A DNA stretch of 64,000 bases from an uncultured Bacteroidia bacterium (GTDB taxonomy: Bacteria > Bacteroidota > Bacteroidia > NS11-12g > UBA9320), in contig CALSMN010000006.1 of NCBI GenBank assembly GCA_943787465.1, positions 205,105 through 269,104 on the forward strand. The letters run 5' to 3'. Positions 61,757 through 64,000 of this stretch are shown one piece after another. Each line of letters opens with the position of its first letter. Positions within the stretch are counted from its first letter, which is position 1. The notes beneath the pieces were generated by a model. The model had not been told where the DNA came from. It saw nothing but the letters and a program-made list of their open reading frames with translations, and did not search any database. The translations under genes and the position numbers were made by a program.

Positions 61757-62101
61757 TTTAAATGGTTTTTGTTATACGTACTAAAATAGTTAGATTGGTT
61801 CAAATATACACAGAAGTTCACCCAATAGTAGGGCTTTTGATTGTTGATAAATTACAACTATGTAGCCTATCTGGTTCATTAGGGTCTATTTTACAAATCA
61901 GTTCTTTCAAAATTAAACTCTGCTCATTTTTATCTAAAATCTAACCTATAAACCCAATATGTCTTTATTTTAGTATGATTTTAGTAATCAATATTAATCC
62001 TGTTCAATAAAATTGTTCCTATGAACGATTATTGCAGTATCCTTTTATGAAATTTCGTGAGGTTAAGCACTAACATAAATTTGTACCTTCAATCTGGATT
62101 A

Positions 62102-64000
62102 ATGCCATTTCTAAAACGTCTGCTTTTATATAGTACGGGGATACTTTTATCATCTTTTTCTTTCGCACAAAGCAATGATTCTATTGTGGCTACAGACACC
62201 GTTTTTCAAGATATAATCCGATTTGATATTGATAAACATCAATCGGAGATTGAAGATCAAGTAGATTATAATGCTCAGGATTCTACAATTATTGATTTTA
62301 TAAACAAAAGAGCATACCTTTTTGGTAAAGCAGAGGTTTTCTTTGAAGACATTCAGCTCAATGCCGATTACATTGCTATCGATTTTGACACAAAAGACGT
62401 GCTTGCAACTGGAACATGGGTTGATTCTACCAAAAAATATATAGGTAAGCCTTCTTTTAATGATGCAGGAAAGGTCTATGAAGCAGATACCATGCGTTAT
62501 AATTTTAAAAGTAAAAAAGGGATATCTTATGGCGTTCTTACTACTGAAAAAGATGGATTTATTCACGGTAAAAGAGTACTACGAGATAGTCAAGAGAATA
62601 TATATGTAAAAAATGCACAATTCACTACATGTAATCTACCTCATCCTCATTTTTACATAAAAGCTGATAAAATAAAAGTCATACCCGGTAAACAAATCAT
62701 TACAGGTCCGGCTAATTTAGTTATTGAAGGTATTAATACACCACTAGTTGTACCTTTTGGTTTTTTCCCAATACCTGAAAAAAGAAAACAAGGAATTCTG
62801 TTCCCAACATTTGGTCAATCGCAAGAAAGAGGTTACAATTTGAGGGGATTAGGCTACTATATTCCTGTCAATGATTTTTTTGATATTCAAGTTTCTGGTG
62901 ACATCTATTTTAGAGGTAGTTGGGGAGCTACACTTCGTTCAAATTATTACAAACGGTATAAGTATCGTGGAAATTTACAATTCAGTTTCAATAAAAATGA
63001 ATTTGGTGAACCTGAATCACCAGAATTTCGAATTTCCAATGATTATAGTCTTAGATGGTCATATACCAAAGACGCAAAGTCAAGGCCTGGCAGTAATTTT
63101 AGTGCAAATGTGAATTTTGTCACAAGTAGCTTTCTTAAGAATAATACAACCAATTATTCTGATATCATAAGTACAAATTCCAATTCTAGTATATCGTACA
63201 GTAAGGGTTTTTTGAATCGTAAAGTCAATCTGAATATTGCTAGTAATATCAATCAAAATTTAAGCACAGGTGATTTGACCATGACTCTTCCTCAACTTAC
63301 AGCAAACATGAGCCGGCAAATGCCTTTCAAAAATTTCTCAACAAAGAGTAAATCCCTAAAAAGCTTCATGCGTAATTTGGGTGTATCCTATCAAGGAACA
63401 TTTCGAAATGAGATACGTACAAAGGACACCATCCTAATTGGAAGCATACAAGAGCGATTTTCAGGCAGACCATCTATTAAAACAGCTAGCTTAGCAGATG
63501 CAACTAAAAATGGGATAAGCCATAGAATTCCGATTAGCACTTCATTTAAAGCCTTAAAATGGATTACCATATCCCCCAATATTAGTTTTGATGAATACTG
63601 GTACTTAGAAACAACCAATAAAAAATGGGATAGCGAAAATGATACGCTCGTTACTGCTACCATACCCGGATTTGATAGAGCCCTTTCCTACCGAACAAGC
63701 ATTAGTATGAGCACCATTATTTATGGTATGAAAGTATTTAAAAAAGAAAGCAAACTACAAGCCATCAGACATGTGGTTCGACCTAATTTATCCGCAGTAT
63801 GGGCTCCTGATTTTTCTGCAGGAGAGAATAATGGATACCGAACGGTTCAAACAGACACACCTCAAGTTTTTAATACATATTCTATTTATGAAAATGGTCT
63901 ATTAGGAAGACCTAATTCTGGACCTCAAGCCTCACTTAATTTTGGCATAGGCAATAATCTAGAAATAAAAATAAAATCAAAAAAGGATACAACCAATGGA
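62102..64000 (+). CDS. lptD: Putative LPS assembly outer-membrane protein LptD (3'-truncated; absent from ORF track)
   Basis: ATG 62102 MPFLKRLLL..SFAQ; VDYNAQDS, YNFKSKKG, FTTCNLPHPHF, PFGFFP, RGLGYY, AIRHVVRP; frame reaches the window end; TAAATTTG box upstream. Confidence 0.9.
   Translation, partial: MPFLKRLLLYSTGILLSSFSFAQSNDSIVATDTVFQDIIRFDIDKHQSEIEDQVDYNAQDSTIIDFINKRAYLFGKAEVFFEDIQLNADYIAIDFDTKDVLATGTWVDSTKKYIGKPSFNDAGKVYEADTMRYNFKSKKGISYGVLTTEKDGFIHGKRVLRDSQENIYVKNAQFTTCNLPHPHFYIKADKIKVIPGKQIITGPANLVIEGINTPLVVPFGFFPIPEKRKQGILFPTFGQSQERGYNLRGLGYYIPVNDFFDIQVSGDIYFRGSWGATLRSNYYKRYKYRGNLQFSFNKNEFGEPESPEFRISNDYSLRWSYTKDAKSRPGSNFSANVNFVTSSFLKNNTTNYSDIISTNSNSSISYSKGFLNRKVNLNIASNINQNLSTGDLTMTLPQLTANMSRQMPFKNFSTKSKSLKSFMRNLGVSYQGTFRNEIRTKDTILIGSIQERFSGRPSIKTASLADATKNGISHRIPISTSFKALKWITISPNISFDEYWYLETTNKKWDSENDTLVTATIPGFDRALSYRTSISMSTIIYGMKVFKKESKLQAIRHVVRPNLSAVWAPDFSAGENNGYRTVQTDTPQVFNTYSIYENGLLGRPNSGPQASLNFGIGNNLEIKIKSKKDTTNG

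Noticed and set aside
61762-61944. 60-aa plus-strand ORF between mlaD and lptD
   Set aside because: Starts 5 nt from the divergent mlaD start and overlaps its promoter; no motif or promoter of its own

Overview
AT-rich core-genome segment of a Bacteroidota bacterium. The assignment rests on TAnnTTTG -7 promoter boxes, type IX secretion cargo and porQ, alternative complex III, and type-B sdhCAB. It runs from the 3' part of dnaA to the 5' part of lptD. It carries typA, a redox cluster (peroxiredoxin/thioredoxin/DUF6952), an ABC exporter, porQ-cmk, T9SS substrates, phoH, actABCDEF, a DEAD helicase, an acyl-ACP desaturase, groESL, secG, lptE, a sigma54 activator, sppA, purB, dnaE, recG, riboflavin synthase, sdhCAB, pyrD and mlaD. 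I saw no rRNA, tRNA, CRISPR array, IS element or prophage. The most interesting signals are mostly regulatory: (1) a sigma54 -24/-12 promoter on groESL, with TGnC-N5-GKCA-like sites that recur in front of the neighbouring sensor-less sigma54 activator, suggesting an HrcA-independent chaperone/envelope circuit; (2) a 38-bp tandem TATGA-N6-TCATA element at the same distance upstream of two unrelated loci 33 kb apart; (3) an ActA that keeps its leader but lacks the N-terminal monoheme domain, with no oxidase genes after the act operon; (4) many apparently near-leaderless genes; (5) a decayed DUF853 ATPase remnant. All family calls are from motif recognition by eye; no searches were run.
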